Of a stretch of DNA of 64,000 nt, positions 10,694 to 20,706 are shown piece after piece. Within the stretch, counting starts at the first letter, position 1. The number at the start of each line of letters is the position of its first letter. A model generated the notes under the pieces. That model made no database searches and was not told where the DNA came from. It saw nothing but the letters and a program-made list of their open reading frames with translations. Source of the DNA: an uncultured delta proteobacterium (GTDB lineage Bacteria > Desulfobacterota > Desulfobacteria > Desulfobacterales > JAFDCJ01). The position numbers and the translations under genes are program-made. The stretch spans positions 64,001-128,000 of the forward strand of contig CAVYNY010000008.1 in NCBI GenBank assembly GCA_963769935.1, given 5' to 3'.

Positions 10694-12499
10694 GTGGCAG
10701 CCAAGTTTGTCAGCGAACGCAATATAAAATTTCTGCTTTACGAAGTTTTCGATGTTGAATCTTTGACGCAATACGAATACTACAGCCAGCACAACCGCAA
10801 AATGTTCGACATGGTGCTGAAGGCGGCCCTTAAATTGGGAAAGGATCTGCTTTTTCCCATATTTGAGGAAATGGACCGCAAGCCGCCCGAACTGGTCAAC
10901 GGGGAAGTCAAAGTTCATCCGGCCGTCAAGGCCATCATGAAAGAATTCGGTGAAGGCGGCTGGATCTCCAGCCGGGCAACCTTTGACCAGGACGGCGAGC
11001 AGCTGCCGAGTCTGGTGGCCGACATCGGCGAATTTATTTTTGCCGCCGCCAACTACTCGGCCAACGCCTACGCCGGCTTAACGATCGGCGCATCCCACCT
11101 GATTGAATCTTTCGGCAGCCGGGAATTGTACAATACTTACGTTCCCAGGATGCGCGCCGGAGAGTGGCAGGGTACCATGGCCCTGACCGAACCGGAAGCC
11201 GGCTCCTCCCTGGCGGATATTACCACCATGGCCGAACCCACGGCTGAGGGCTATTACCGCATCAAAGGTCAGAAAATATTTATATCCGCCGGGGACCATG
11301 ATGGGGTTGAAAATGTAGTTCATCTGATGCTGGCCAAAATCGAGGGCGCCCCGGCCGGAGTGAGAGGCATATCGCTGTTTGTCGTGCCCAAGAAACGCCT
11401 CGACGATCAGGGAAGCCTGGTTTCCAATGACGTCGTCGCCTCCGGCGTCTATCACAAACTCGGTTATCGCGGCTGTCCCATCGTGCAGTTGAGCATCGGC
11501 GACAAAAACGATTGCCGCGGGTGGCTGGTCGGTGAACCGCACAGCGGTCTGAAGTACATGTTCCAGATGATGAACGAAGCCCGTATCGGCGTCGGCATGG
11601 GGGCGGCGGCTATGGCTACCGCCGCCTACTACGCGGCGCTGGAGTATTCGAAAACCCGGCGCCAGGGGCGCAGAGTCACCCAAAAAGACCCCAGCCTGCC
11701 GCCGATTGCCATCATAGAACATGCCGATGTCAAGCGCATGCTGCTGTTCCAGCGTGCCGTGATTGAAGGCGCCCAAAGCCTCCTGATGCAATGCAGCAAA
11801 TACGTTGATTTTCAAAAGGTACTGAAAAGCGAGGATCGGGAAAGATATGATCTCCTGCTGGAAATTTTGACGCCGGTTGCCAAAAGCTATCCCTCGGAGA
11901 TGGGTATCCAGGCCATCAGCCAGGGACTGCAATGCCTTGGCGGGTCCGGCTATTGCGAGGACTACCCGCTGGAGCAATATTTTCGTGACTGCCGGATTCA
12001 TCCCATCCATGAAGGCACTACCGGCATTCAGGGAATGGATTTGCTGGGCCGCAAAGTGACAATGAAAAACGGACAGGCGTTTCTGTTATATATCAATGAG
12101 GTGCACGATACTATCGCCGCTGCCAGGGACTTTAAGTTTCTTGAAAAATTCGCCGATGCACTGAACGATTCCCTGACGAAACTGCAGCAGGTAACTCACC
12201 ATCTCATATCGATTGCCGGGCAGGACGGGCCGGAAATTTTTTTGGCCGATGCGACGCTTTATCTTGAATTCTTTGGTATTATCACCATTGCCTGGCAATG
12301 GTTGCTGCAGGGTATTGCGGTCCAAAAAGCGTTAAAAAATGGGGCCGGAAAGAAAGATTCTAATTTTTATGAAGGCAAAATGTTCACTCTGCGATATTTC
12401 TTCAGCTATGAGCTTCCCAAAACACTTGGATTGGCGAAACGGCTCGTGGATGATGACAGACTGACCGTGGAGATGCGAACGGACTTTTTTAGCGATTAA
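10694..12499 (+). CDS. Acyl-CoA dehydrogenase (long type)
   Basis: GTMALTEPEAGSSL, KIFIS, IHEGTTGIQ; GTG start after GGAGG. Confidence 0.95.
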   Translation: MAAKFVSERNIKFLLYEVFDVESLTQYEYYSQHNRKMFDMVLKAALKLGKDLLFPIFEEMDRKPPELVNGEVKVHPAVKAIMKEFGEGGWISSRATFDQDGEQLPSLVADIGEFIFAAANYSANAYAGLTIGASHLIESFGSRELYNTYVPRMRAGEWQGTMALTEPEAGSSLADITTMAEPTAEGYYRIKGQKIFISAGDHDGVENVVHLMLAKIEGAPAGVRGISLFVVPKKRLDDQGSLVSNDVVASGVYHKLGYRGCPIVQLSIGDKNDCRGWLVGEPHSGLKYMFQMMNEARIGVGMGAAAMATAAYYAALEYSKTRRQGRRVTQKDPSLPPIAIIEHADVKRMLLFQRAVIEGAQSLLMQCSKYVDFQKVLKSEDRERYDLLLEILTPVAKSYPSEMGIQAISQGLQCLGGSGYCEDYPLEQYFRDCRIHPIHEGTTGIQGMDLLGRKVTMKNGQAFLLYINEVHDTIAAARDFKFLEKFADALNDSLTKLQQVTHHLISIAGQDGPEIFLADATLYLEFFGIITIAWQWLLQGIAVQKALKNGAGKKDSNFYEGKMFTLRYFFSYELPKTLGLAKRLVDDDRLTVEMRTDFFSD

Positions 12500-12727
12500 G
12501 CTCGTGAGTTGGTGAGCTGTTAAGCTGATGAGTTCGTGAATTCGTGAGCTGGTAAACTGGTGAGTTCATGAGTTGATGAGTTCGTAAGCGTTTGAATTGA
12601 TAAAATTTTGAGCGAAAAAGAAAAATTAGGCGGTTTCATTTGGCAGCTTAACAACTCATTAACTATGAGCATTCGATCTGACAATCTTACGAGCTTATCA
12701 GCTTACGAGCTTATCAGCTTATCAGGT
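12500..12727. repeat. Inverted octamer tracts (11 x GYTSRTRA; mirrored GCTTATCA/GCTTACGA)
   Basis: gctcgtga gttggtga gctgttaa gctgatga gttcgtga... at 12500-12589; reverse-complement units at 12643-12727. Confidence 0.85.
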
Positions 12728-12767
12728 TAATCATTTATAATCGAACGATGAATCAGAGGCTTATTTT

Positions 12768-14609
12768 ATGGGAACTGCTTCCCCAGCTAAAAATGAAGGC
12801 TTAATTTCATTTTTTGATTTTTTAAAGGGCTGGCTGTTCCTGTCGTACCGGATTCCGGGTATATTGCGCACCCAAAAGCAAATTCTCAAGGTCGGTCCTG
12901 AAAATCGCGAATCATGGGGCAGCATGCTGGAGGACAATGCCCGGGAATTTCCGGACAACCCTGCCATTAAATCTGAAGAAGCCTTCCTTAGCTATCGGGA
13001 ATACAATGAGGCCGTAAATCGCTGTGCCAATTACTTTATTGCACGTGGAATGAAAAAAGGTGATGTGGCCTGTATCTTTCTGGAAAATCGTCCTGAACTA
13101 CTGATCGTCTACAGTGCAATGGCCAAGATCGGGGCGATTAACTGCATGATCAACACCAACTTGCGGCAGGAAGCCCTGAAACACTGCCTGGGCTTGCATC
13201 CGGCGAGAATCTTTATCGTCGGCGAGGAAGTCTTAGATGCTTTTGAAGAAGTTAAAGCTGATTTGAGACTGGGGTCGGATCAAGAAATTTATTTCCTGGC
13301 CGACAAGGGTCAAAAGACGGCCCCGGACGGTTTTATTGATTTCAATGAAGCCGCCGGGCATTCTCCGGCCTCGAACCCAACCACCACTGCCGAAGTCAAG
13401 CCGGCGGATACTATCGCCTACGTGTTCACTTCCGGCACCACCGGCGGCATGCCGAAGGCCGCCATCATCCCCCACGGCCGGCTGGTGCGAAGCAGGTATC
13501 TTAATGGAAAAATCGTCTTAAATATGAAACCGGAGGATACCATGTATGTGCCGCTGCCTTTTTTTCATACCAACGCCCTGGCCCTCAGTTGGCCGACGGT
13601 ATTGGCAAATGGGTCGGCCGTCGCCATTCGCCGCAAATTCAGCGTCAGCAACTTCTGGAACGACGTGCGCAAGTACGACGCCACTGCCTGGTGTTACATC
13701 GGGGAACTTTGCCGGTACCTGATGAAACAGCCGCCCCTGCCGGATGACCGCGATAATCCCCTGACAAAAATCATCGGCAACGGCCTGCGTCCGGATATCT
13801 GGCGGGAGTTCAAAAACCGATTCGGCATTTCCAAGGTATATGAGATCTACGGTGCGGCGGAATCCAATCTGTATTTTGTCAACCTTCTTAATCTTGACTG
13901 CACAGTGGGAAGATGCCGGTTGCCTTATGCCATAGTGCAATACGATGTTGAGGAGGACAGGGCAATCCGGGATGGAAATGGATATATGCAAAGGATTGAA
14001 GTCGGTCAAACCGGATTGCTTTTGGGTGAGATTTCGCAGTCCAATCCTTTTCTCGGATACACCAGCGAAGAAGCAACCGAGTCAAAGATTCTGCATAATG
14101 TTTTTGCACAGGGCGATGAATGGTTTAACACCGGCGACCTGGTTCGGGACATCGGTTTCGGCCATATCCAGTTTATTGATCGCACCGGCGACACATTTCG
14201 CTGGAAAGGCGAAAATGTTTCAACCACCGAAGTTGAAGAAGCGGCCAATATCCTCCCCCAAATTTTCTTGGCGACGGTTTACGGCGTAAAAATGCCGGGC
14301 GGCGAGGGACGAGCGGGGATGATTTCGATTATTCCGGAATACAAATATGATGATATTGATCTATCGAGGCTTTATGAACATTTCAAACACGCCCTGCCCT
14401 CTTATGCGATTCCCAAATTTGTGCGGATACAAAAGGATTTTGACTATACCGCGACCCATAAGATTAAAAAAGTAGATCTGAAAAAGGCTGGATTTGATCC
14501 CGGCCTGGTGCCTGATTCCCTGTACGTGCTGCTGCCGGACGCACCCGGATATCGGTCTTTGACAGACGAAATATATGCCGCGATATTGAGTGGAAAATAT
14601 AAGTTTTGA
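12768..14609 (+). CDS. Long-chain acyl-CoA synthetase, FATP/FadD6 type
   Basis: YVFTSGTTGGMPKAA, YIGELCRYL, FIDRTGDTFRWKGENVSTTEVE. Confidence 0.95.
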   Translation: MGTASPAKNEGLISFFDFLKGWLFLSYRIPGILRTQKQILKVGPENRESWGSMLEDNAREFPDNPAIKSEEAFLSYREYNEAVNRCANYFIARGMKKGDVACIFLENRPELLIVYSAMAKIGAINCMINTNLRQEALKHCLGLHPARIFIVGEEVLDAFEEVKADLRLGSDQEIYFLADKGQKTAPDGFIDFNEAAGHSPASNPTTTAEVKPADTIAYVFTSGTTGGMPKAAIIPHGRLVRSRYLNGKIVLNMKPEDTMYVPLPFFHTNALALSWPTVLANGSAVAIRRKFSVSNFWNDVRKYDATAWCYIGELCRYLMKQPPLPDDRDNPLTKIIGNGLRPDIWREFKNRFGISKVYEIYGAAESNLYFVNLLNLDCTVGRCRLPYAIVQYDVEEDRAIRDGNGYMQRIEVGQTGLLLGEISQSNPFLGYTSEEATESKILHNVFAQGDEWFNTGDLVRDIGFGHIQFIDRTGDTFRWKGENVSTTEVEEAANILPQIFLATVYGVKMPGGEGRAGMISIIPEYKYDDIDLSRLYEHFKHALPSYAIPKFVRIQKDFDYTATHKIKKVDLKKAGFDPGLVPDSLYVLLPDAPGYRSLTDEIYAAILSGKYKF

Positions 14610-14739
14610 TTGAAGATGACAGAGGGCAGATGGCAGATGGCAGGAGTTTGGTATGGTAAAAAGATGGAAGCATTCAATGCGGATCGCTAAGGCATAGTGC
14701 ACGGCGCTTGGGGCATAGTTTAGAGAACAAATGATAATC

Positions 14740-15287
14740 ATGAACAAAAAATTGGTATCGATTGTTAAATACGAAAAACCGCTTGAATCTGTCCGAAAAG
14801 CAGTTGACCTCTGCCGCGGGTTGGATCACCTGCCCTCTCAGGCGAAAGTTTTTATCAAACCCAACATCGATATCCCTTCGCGCAAGAAATGTCACAACAC
14901 CCATCCGGAAAAAAATCTGAACTTCTGGGTGTCCCGATTAGCGGACAAAATGCCGCCCATGTTCACGCTCATAGACGGCATCTACACAGCCGAACGCGGC
15001 CCCAATATCGACGGCCAAATGCACCGCAGCAACCTGCTGGTAGCATCGGCCGATGTTCTTTCGGCCGACATGGTCGGCGCCAAAGTGCTCGGCTACGAAC
15101 CCGCGGCGGTGCCCCATCTATGGCATGCCGCCCGGCGACGCCTGATCAAGTGTATAAAGCCCTTCTAAAAGCGGGGATCGAAGTTGACCCGGCAGTGTTT
15201 GAAAACATGGACCTGGCGCCGGGTAAATTTCTGAAGCGGTATGAAGGCAAGCCGGAGTTTGATGAATCATTCTTTAAGATTAGTTAA
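14740..15287 (+). pseudogene. DUF362-family protein remnant with internal deletions and a frameshift
   Basis: KVFIKPNI, TLIDGIY..ERGP and SADMVGAKVLG are present but intervening segments are missing; the C-terminus is in another frame. Confidence 0.7.
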
Positions 15288-15379
15288 TTAATCCGCATTG
15301 AAATATAACTTTTTAAGGTGTGAACGAATTTTTTCGTGAACCCTAAACAGCGATATTGGAATGGTGGAGTGTTGGCGTA

Positions 15380-16450
15380 ATGGAAAAATCAAGCGGCAAA
15401 AATTACATGCTGTCGGCTTTGCGGCGGAAGCGTGCCGATCGGGTTCCGACGACCGTCCTGATAGGCCCTTACTGCTCCCGCCTAACACGATATAGCGTAA
15501 GGGAAATATTGACCGATGCCCGCAAAAGCGCAGAAGCCCATCTGGCTTTTCATGATCGGTTCATGCCGGACAGCCTGATCGTTTACAACGACATCTATCT
15601 TGAAGCGGAAGCTGTCGGCTGTGAGCTGGAATTTCCCGAGAACGGCATTTCGCATCCAAAGTGCGCCCTGCTCGGAGACAAGACAAAACTGGCCCGGCTA
15701 AAGGTTCCCGATCCTCGAAAAGACGGACGAATTCCCTATTTCATTGAAGTTTGTCAACGGGTTTCCGCACAGATTCGTAGGTCGACCGCCCTAGGTCTGG
15801 GACATTCCGGCCCATGGAATATTGCCATGCATCTCAGGGGTGCCGAAGCCCTTCTGATGGACACGGCAACAGATCCCTCCTTCATTCATGAATTGATGAA
15901 ATTCACTACCGAAGTTGTGCGAGCAGTGGGCGATGCATTAATTGAAGTCGGGTTCTCGCCTTCCTTGGGAGAGGCGGCAGCTTCCTGCAGTCTGATTTCA
16001 CCGCGCATCTACCAGGAATTTATCAAGCCCTATCATAAAGAACTCGGTCTCTATTTTAAGTCAAAGAAACGCTACATGTCGCTACATATTTGCGGCAAAA
16101 TCGATCCCATCATGGAAGATATAATCGAAACCGGGATTTTTCTCCTCAGTCTCGATGCCGTCTCATCGCTGCAAAAATGGACCCGCCTGGCGGGCCGCAA
16201 GGTTGTCACCATGGGCAATGTGCCGACAACTCTTTTCAGCAGCGGTACGCGATCTGAAATGGAGGCTTCGATCCGTGCCTGCATTGATACCGCGGCTGCA
16301 GATAGCGGTTATATTCTGGCATCCGGCTGTGAAATTCCATTCGATTCAACCGAAGACCGTATTGCTCATTTTTTTGAATACAGCCGCCAATACGGGCGCA
16401 AATTTATGGAAGGTTTAAATTCCAAATTCCAAGCACCAAATAACAAATAA
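15380..16450 (+). CDS. Uroporphyrinogen decarboxylase-family protein (MtaA/CmuA-like)
   Basis: EAEAVGC, GPWNIA, SLISP..Y.EF, LHICG, GNV, GYILASGCEI. Confidence 0.85.
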   Translation: MEKSSGKNYMLSALRRKRADRVPTTVLIGPYCSRLTRYSVREILTDARKSAEAHLAFHDRFMPDSLIVYNDIYLEAEAVGCELEFPENGISHPKCALLGDKTKLARLKVPDPRKDGRIPYFIEVCQRVSAQIRRSTALGLGHSGPWNIAMHLRGAEALLMDTATDPSFIHELMKFTTEVVRAVGDALIEVGFSPSLGEAAASCSLISPRIYQEFIKPYHKELGLYFKSKKRYMSLHICGKIDPIMEDIIETGIFLLSLDAVSSLQKWTRLAGRKVVTMGNVPTTLFSSGTRSEMEASIRACIDTAAADSGYILASGCEIPFDSTEDRIAHFFEYSRQYGRKFMEGLNSKFQAPNNK

Positions 16451-17090
16451 ATCCCAAAACACAATAGTAAAGATCCGGGTCCAGAGGGCCCGGCTTTGGT
16501 CCACCCCGGAGGGGTGAGATGGGTGATCACGTTTACCAGCAGTTTTCAGGTGTCAGGTGTCAGCAACTGAAGTCGACCCGCTGGGCCGGAGTCCCTCATG
16601 CAATGGACTTTCTTGCAACAGTGTTGATCTTCATTTGCAACCCAATCAGTGTTCAGGATTCAGAATTCGATTTTTACTGACACCTGAGACCTCATATGAA
16701 ACTTCATTAAATTCGATGCCATTTTTACGAAGTGTCTCACCGCCGAAAGCGCCAGAGCGCAGAGATTAATAAAAATTTTCTTTCTCGGCGTTCTCCCACC
16801 GGGGCGTAGGCCCTATGGGCCAGAGGCGGCGGGCTCTGCGGTGAACTATTATGTTTCTTTTTCGATCAGATTGGCCGCTTTTCAGGCCGGCGGATAGGCT
16901 GACACCTGAAACCATGAACAGATTTGGCCTATGGCAAAGCCAATCTCCTCTGACCTGGCCCACAGGACCAGGTTTGCAATTTTGGAATCAACGATCGGAA
17001 CCGGCCAAACCAATGGTGTCCCGTTTGGAATTTTGAATTTTGGGCATTGTAAATTATTTGGGATTTGTTAATTGGAATTTGTGATTTTAA
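16418..17090. repeat. Nested composite of several intergenic repeat families
   Basis: Outer AAATTCC-type arms, inner GGTGTCAG arms, nonamer arms and a 32-bp GTAG module. Confidence 0.75.
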
Positions 17091-17149
17091 TATTACAAAC
17101 CTTGAGAACCGATCCATGCATTTCATAAAAAAACTTTTTCCATGTTTCT

Positions 17150-18343
17150 ATGCTGCCTGATTCCGGTCAAAATCCTTATCGCTGGATGATTCTGGTCCTG
17201 TTGTGGCTGCTTTACGCCGCCTTCGGCATTATCTCCCGCTCAATTTTTCCTCTTGTCACGCCGGTTATTACAGATCTTAACCTCTCTTATTCCCAGATGG
17301 GCCTGATTCTGGGATCATGGCAACTGACGTATATCTTTGCCGCCCTGGTTGCCGGCGCCGTTCTCGACCGCTGGGGGGTCCGTAAATCCATTTTTGCCGG
17401 CGCGCTCGTCATGGGTCTTTCGGCAACTTTGCGCTATTATTCAGTCGGCTTCATATCCATGTTGGCTGCGGTGGCGCTATTCGGTGTCGGCGGACCGATG
17501 ATATCCGTCGGCGGGCCGAAAGCGATTTCATTCTGGTTTCGCGGGCGCAGCCGTGGGATGGCCATGGGCGTCTACACGACCGGCAGCTGGACCGGGGGAC
17601 TGACGGCCCTGGCCCTGACGAACAGCCTGGTCATGCCGCTTGTTGGCCACAGCTGGCGCTTTACTTTTGTTGTCTATGGCATGACGGCATTTGTCGTGGC
17701 ACTGCAATGGCTGCTGTTAACCAGAGGAGACGAATCTGCAGAGCATAAGGAAAGTATCGGCATTATTGAGGTATTCAGCCAACTCATCAAAATAAGAAAT
17801 GTCCGGATATTACTGGCCATGGGCCTGTTTTCGTTTGCGATCATCCATGGATTTTCAAGCTGGCTGCCTAAAATACTGGAAGACTCCGGCCTGTCAGCTG
17901 CCAAGGCCGGCTGGGCCGCGGCCCTTGCGATCGCCACCGGCATTCCTTCCCTCCTGATTCTGCCGAGCGTGGTTCCGCCGCGCTTCAGAGGCCTCATCAT
18001 CGAATGTTTCGCACTTTTGGCGGCCGTTAATCTTTTTCTGGTTTTAAAAACATCCGGAATGATCCTTTACATCGTCCTGGCCGTTTTGGGGTTTGTCATA
18101 GCGCCTTTTATGGCATTGCTGCTTCTGGTTCTGATGGAAATCCCGGGCGTCGAAACTCGACACATGGGATCTGCCGGCGGTATGTTTTTCTGTGTGGCTG
18201 AAATCGGAGGATTTACGGGCCCCCTGACAATGGGAATTCTGGTGGATGCAACCGGTACCTTTATGGCGGGAGCCGTGTTTCTGGCAGCTCTATGTATTGC
18301 AATGGCCGGTTTGACTTTTCTGCTGGATAATAGTTCGAATTAA
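17150..18343 (+). CDS. MFS transporter
   Basis: About 12 hydrophobic segments; motif A GAVLDRWGVR. Confidence 0.9.
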   Translation: MLPDSGQNPYRWMILVLLWLLYAAFGIISRSIFPLVTPVITDLNLSYSQMGLILGSWQLTYIFAALVAGAVLDRWGVRKSIFAGALVMGLSATLRYYSVGFISMLAAVALFGVGGPMISVGGPKAISFWFRGRSRGMAMGVYTTGSWTGGLTALALTNSLVMPLVGHSWRFTFVVYGMTAFVVALQWLLLTRGDESAEHKESIGIIEVFSQLIKIRNVRILLAMGLFSFAIIHGFSSWLPKILEDSGLSAAKAGWAAALAIATGIPSLLILPSVVPPRFRGLIIECFALLAAVNLFLVLKTSGMILYIVLAVLGFVIAPFMALLLLVLMEIPGVETRHMGSAGGMFFCVAEIGGFTGPLTMGILVDATGTFMAGAVFLAALCIAMAGLTFLLDNSSN

Positions 18344-18440
18344 GGGTGTCTGGGTGTTTTGTGTTTTATATTTAATGCCAAATGTTTCGTCCTTCAAGAA
18401 AAAGCTTAAAATGTTTTAAATCACAATAAGGTTTGAAAAT

Positions 18441-18514
18441 GTAGCGGCGGGGTTTATCCCCGCCAATCATAGCTTGTCAAGCCGGCATTAGGCGGGGATA
18501 AACCCCGCCGCTAC
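18441..18514. repeat. GTAG-family REP doublet (REPIN-like)
   Basis: GTAGCGGCGGGGTTTATCCCCGCC and its exact reverse complement, 26 bp apart, between convergent genes. Confidence 0.85.
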
Positions 18515-18579
18515 GAAAAAAAAATCCCGATAGACAGAATACCTTAAATATTCAATCTGCAATCTTCAATATTCAATAC

Positions 18580-20694
18580 TTACAGCAGCTCCAACGGATG
18601 CCACACCTTCAGACCGGTACCTTCCTGCAATTGAATCTTACAAACACTGCTCTCGGTAACAATTGCCTGCAATCCGGAATCCCTGAAAGCCTGAAACAGG
18701 GGTTCGCCGACGGCCTGGGAAAGCTCGTACCCGAGCATGCCCGTCTTCAAGCCGAAGGTTCCGGCCATCCCACAGCAGGTGCCGGTCTCGATCACTTCCA
18801 CCTCGGCGCCGCGTTTTTTCAGATAGGCCATGGCATGCTGGCCGGCCCCCAGTGCACGCTGGTGGCAGGCAATATGAAAACCAAAATGGTTGCCGCTGAG
18901 ATGCAGCCGGCAATCTCTGGGGGTCTCGGATTCCAGTTTCTCCAGATACTCAAAATATTCATAGGTGCGGTTGGCCACATCGACGGCATCCTGGAGGCCA
19001 TCCAGCAATTTAGGATAGGATACTTTGAGGCAGTAAACGGCGGTCGGCTCCGTCGACACGATGTCGTAGCCCTGCTCTGTGTAGTATGTGAGGCTCCTGA
19101 TGTTTTCTTCGGCAACCTTGCGGGCGCGCTTTAAATCTCCGTAGCCGATATACGGGTAGCCGCATCCCTGCTGGGGGGGCATTAAAACCTTGCAGCCACG
19201 GGATTCCAGACGTTCGACGGCCGCCAGGCCCAAATCGGGGGCATTGTAGTTGGCATAGATATCTGCAAAAAAAGCGACCCGGTGCACCGGGTTGGACACC
19301 AGGGTTGCACCCCTTCTATCAAATCGTTTTGCCAGGGTGTTGCGCCTGAAGGGCGGGAGTTCACGGCGGCTGTCTAAACCGACATACTTTTCCATCTTCA
19401 CTCGGAAGAAATGGTTTTTCATAAACCAGTTGGATATCGGCGCGGTGGCACTGCCGATTTTGGCCATGGTTTCGGCGGCCATCAGGACCCGATTGACCAG
19501 CGGACGTTGCTCCAGTCTGCTGTAGCGATCTTTGACTGCTGCAATCATCATCGGAATATCGATCTCGGCCGGACAAATCTCTTTGCAAAGACCGCAGGAA
19601 ACACACAGGTGTGCAAATTCGCCCGCCTTTTCAAGACCATGCACGGATGCCGTCCAGGGGATCCCGATCGGCCCGGGATAGATATAGCCAAAAACGTGCC
19701 CGCCGACCACCCCGTAAGTAGGGCAGATATTCATACAGGCCGCGCATCGTATGCAGTTCAAAGCATCCTGCATCAGGGGATCTTCACGCATCCGGCTGCG
19801 GCCGTTGTCCAGGATAATGATATGCGATTGCCTTTTGCCGCTGCCGTCCCCCTGCCCCAGCGGTGAGCGTCCCCCCATCAGCGTTTCGTAAGTCGTCAGA
19901 TGCTGCCCCACCGCGCTGATGGGATGGGCCAGCATCATCTGCAGGGCATCTTCCACCGTTTCAACGATCTTCTCCCGGCCCATGATGCAGATGTGCACAT
20001 CCGGAATACTCGAGACCAGCCGGGCATTGCCTTCATTGGTTTCAATGACGATGGCGCCGATCTCGGCAATCCCGACGTTGGCACCCGTCATTCCGATATC
20101 GGCATTTAAAAAATAAGGCCGCACGAAGCGGCGCACGGCTTTCATCACCGCATCGGCGTCGTCGGGAATATCCTCACCGGTGGCCTTGCGAAAAATCTCG
20201 GCCACGTCCGCCACGGTTTTGTGAACCGCCGGAAAGACCAGGTGAAACGGCTTCTCGTGAACCTGCTGGATGATCAGCTCGCCTAGATCAGTTTCTATAA
20301 CCTCCAAGCCGGCTGCTTCCAGGGGCTGATTGACTTCTATCTCTTCACTGGTCAGGGATTTGGACTTGGCCACAATCTTGGCATCCCGCTCCCGGGCAAT
20401 TTTCAGAATATAGTCAATGGCGGCTTTCGCATCCTGGGCCAAAAATACCGTAGTGCCGCGCTGCCGCGCCTTATCGGCAAACCGGTCCACCAATTCATCC
20501 TGTTTGGCCAGGCACCGGAGTTTGGTTTCCCGGACTTTTTTGCGGAAGCCTTCGCCGCCGGGCAGCAGCTCTACTGCCTTGCGTCGATTGTCCCGACCTC
20601 GTTTCATGGCGGTATAAAGCGCATCTCTCTTGGATTTTTCGCCTAATGCTTTTTCGATTTTAGCATAAAGTTGCGTTAGGGATGATTGCGGCAT
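18580..20694 (-). CDS. lutB: LutB/LldF (LUD + 4Fe-4S) fused to C-terminal CCG domains
   Basis: KSKSLTSEE, ETDLGE, NEGNAR, CIRCAACMNICP, CVSCGLCKEICP; C-terminal HIACH and CCGMAG. Confidence 0.85.
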   Translation of the reverse strand: MPQSSLTQLYAKIEKALGEKSKRDALYTAMKRGRDNRRKAVELLPGGEGFRKKVRETKLRCLAKQDELVDRFADKARQRGTTVFLAQDAKAAIDYILKIARERDAKIVAKSKSLTSEEIEVNQPLEAAGLEVIETDLGELIIQQVHEKPFHLVFPAVHKTVADVAEIFRKATGEDIPDDADAVMKAVRRFVRPYFLNADIGMTGANVGIAEIGAIVIETNEGNARLVSSIPDVHICIMGREKIVETVEDALQMMLAHPISAVGQHLTTYETLMGGRSPLGQGDGSGKRQSHIIILDNGRSRMREDPLMQDALNCIRCAACMNICPTYGVVGGHVFGYIYPGPIGIPWTASVHGLEKAGEFAHLCVSCGLCKEICPAEIDIPMMIAAVKDRYSRLEQRPLVNRVLMAAETMAKIGSATAPISNWFMKNHFFRVKMEKYVGLDSRRELPPFRRNTLAKRFDRRGATLVSNPVHRVAFFADIYANYNAPDLGLAAVERLESRGCKVLMPPQQGCGYPYIGYGDLKRARKVAEENIRSLTYYTEQGYDIVSTEPTAVYCLKVSYPKLLDGLQDAVDVANRTYEYFEYLEKLESETPRDCRLHLSGNHFGFHIACHQRALGAGQHAMAYLKKRGAEVEVIETGTCCGMAGTFGLKTGMLGYELSQAVGEPLFQAFRDSGLQAIVTESSVCKIQLQEGTGLKVWHPLELL

Positions 20695-20706
20695 AGTTCA
20701 GTTCCT

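Noticed and set aside
11078..12010. Long antisense ORFs (also 27735-28649, 42072-42839, 57182-57970)
   Set aside because: Shadows of well-supported genes on the opposite strand
16557..17126. ORFs of 60-70 aa in intergenic repeats (also 9337-9549, 10465-10758, 43037-43300)
   Set aside because: Translations of repeat tracts with low-complexity sequence and no RBS
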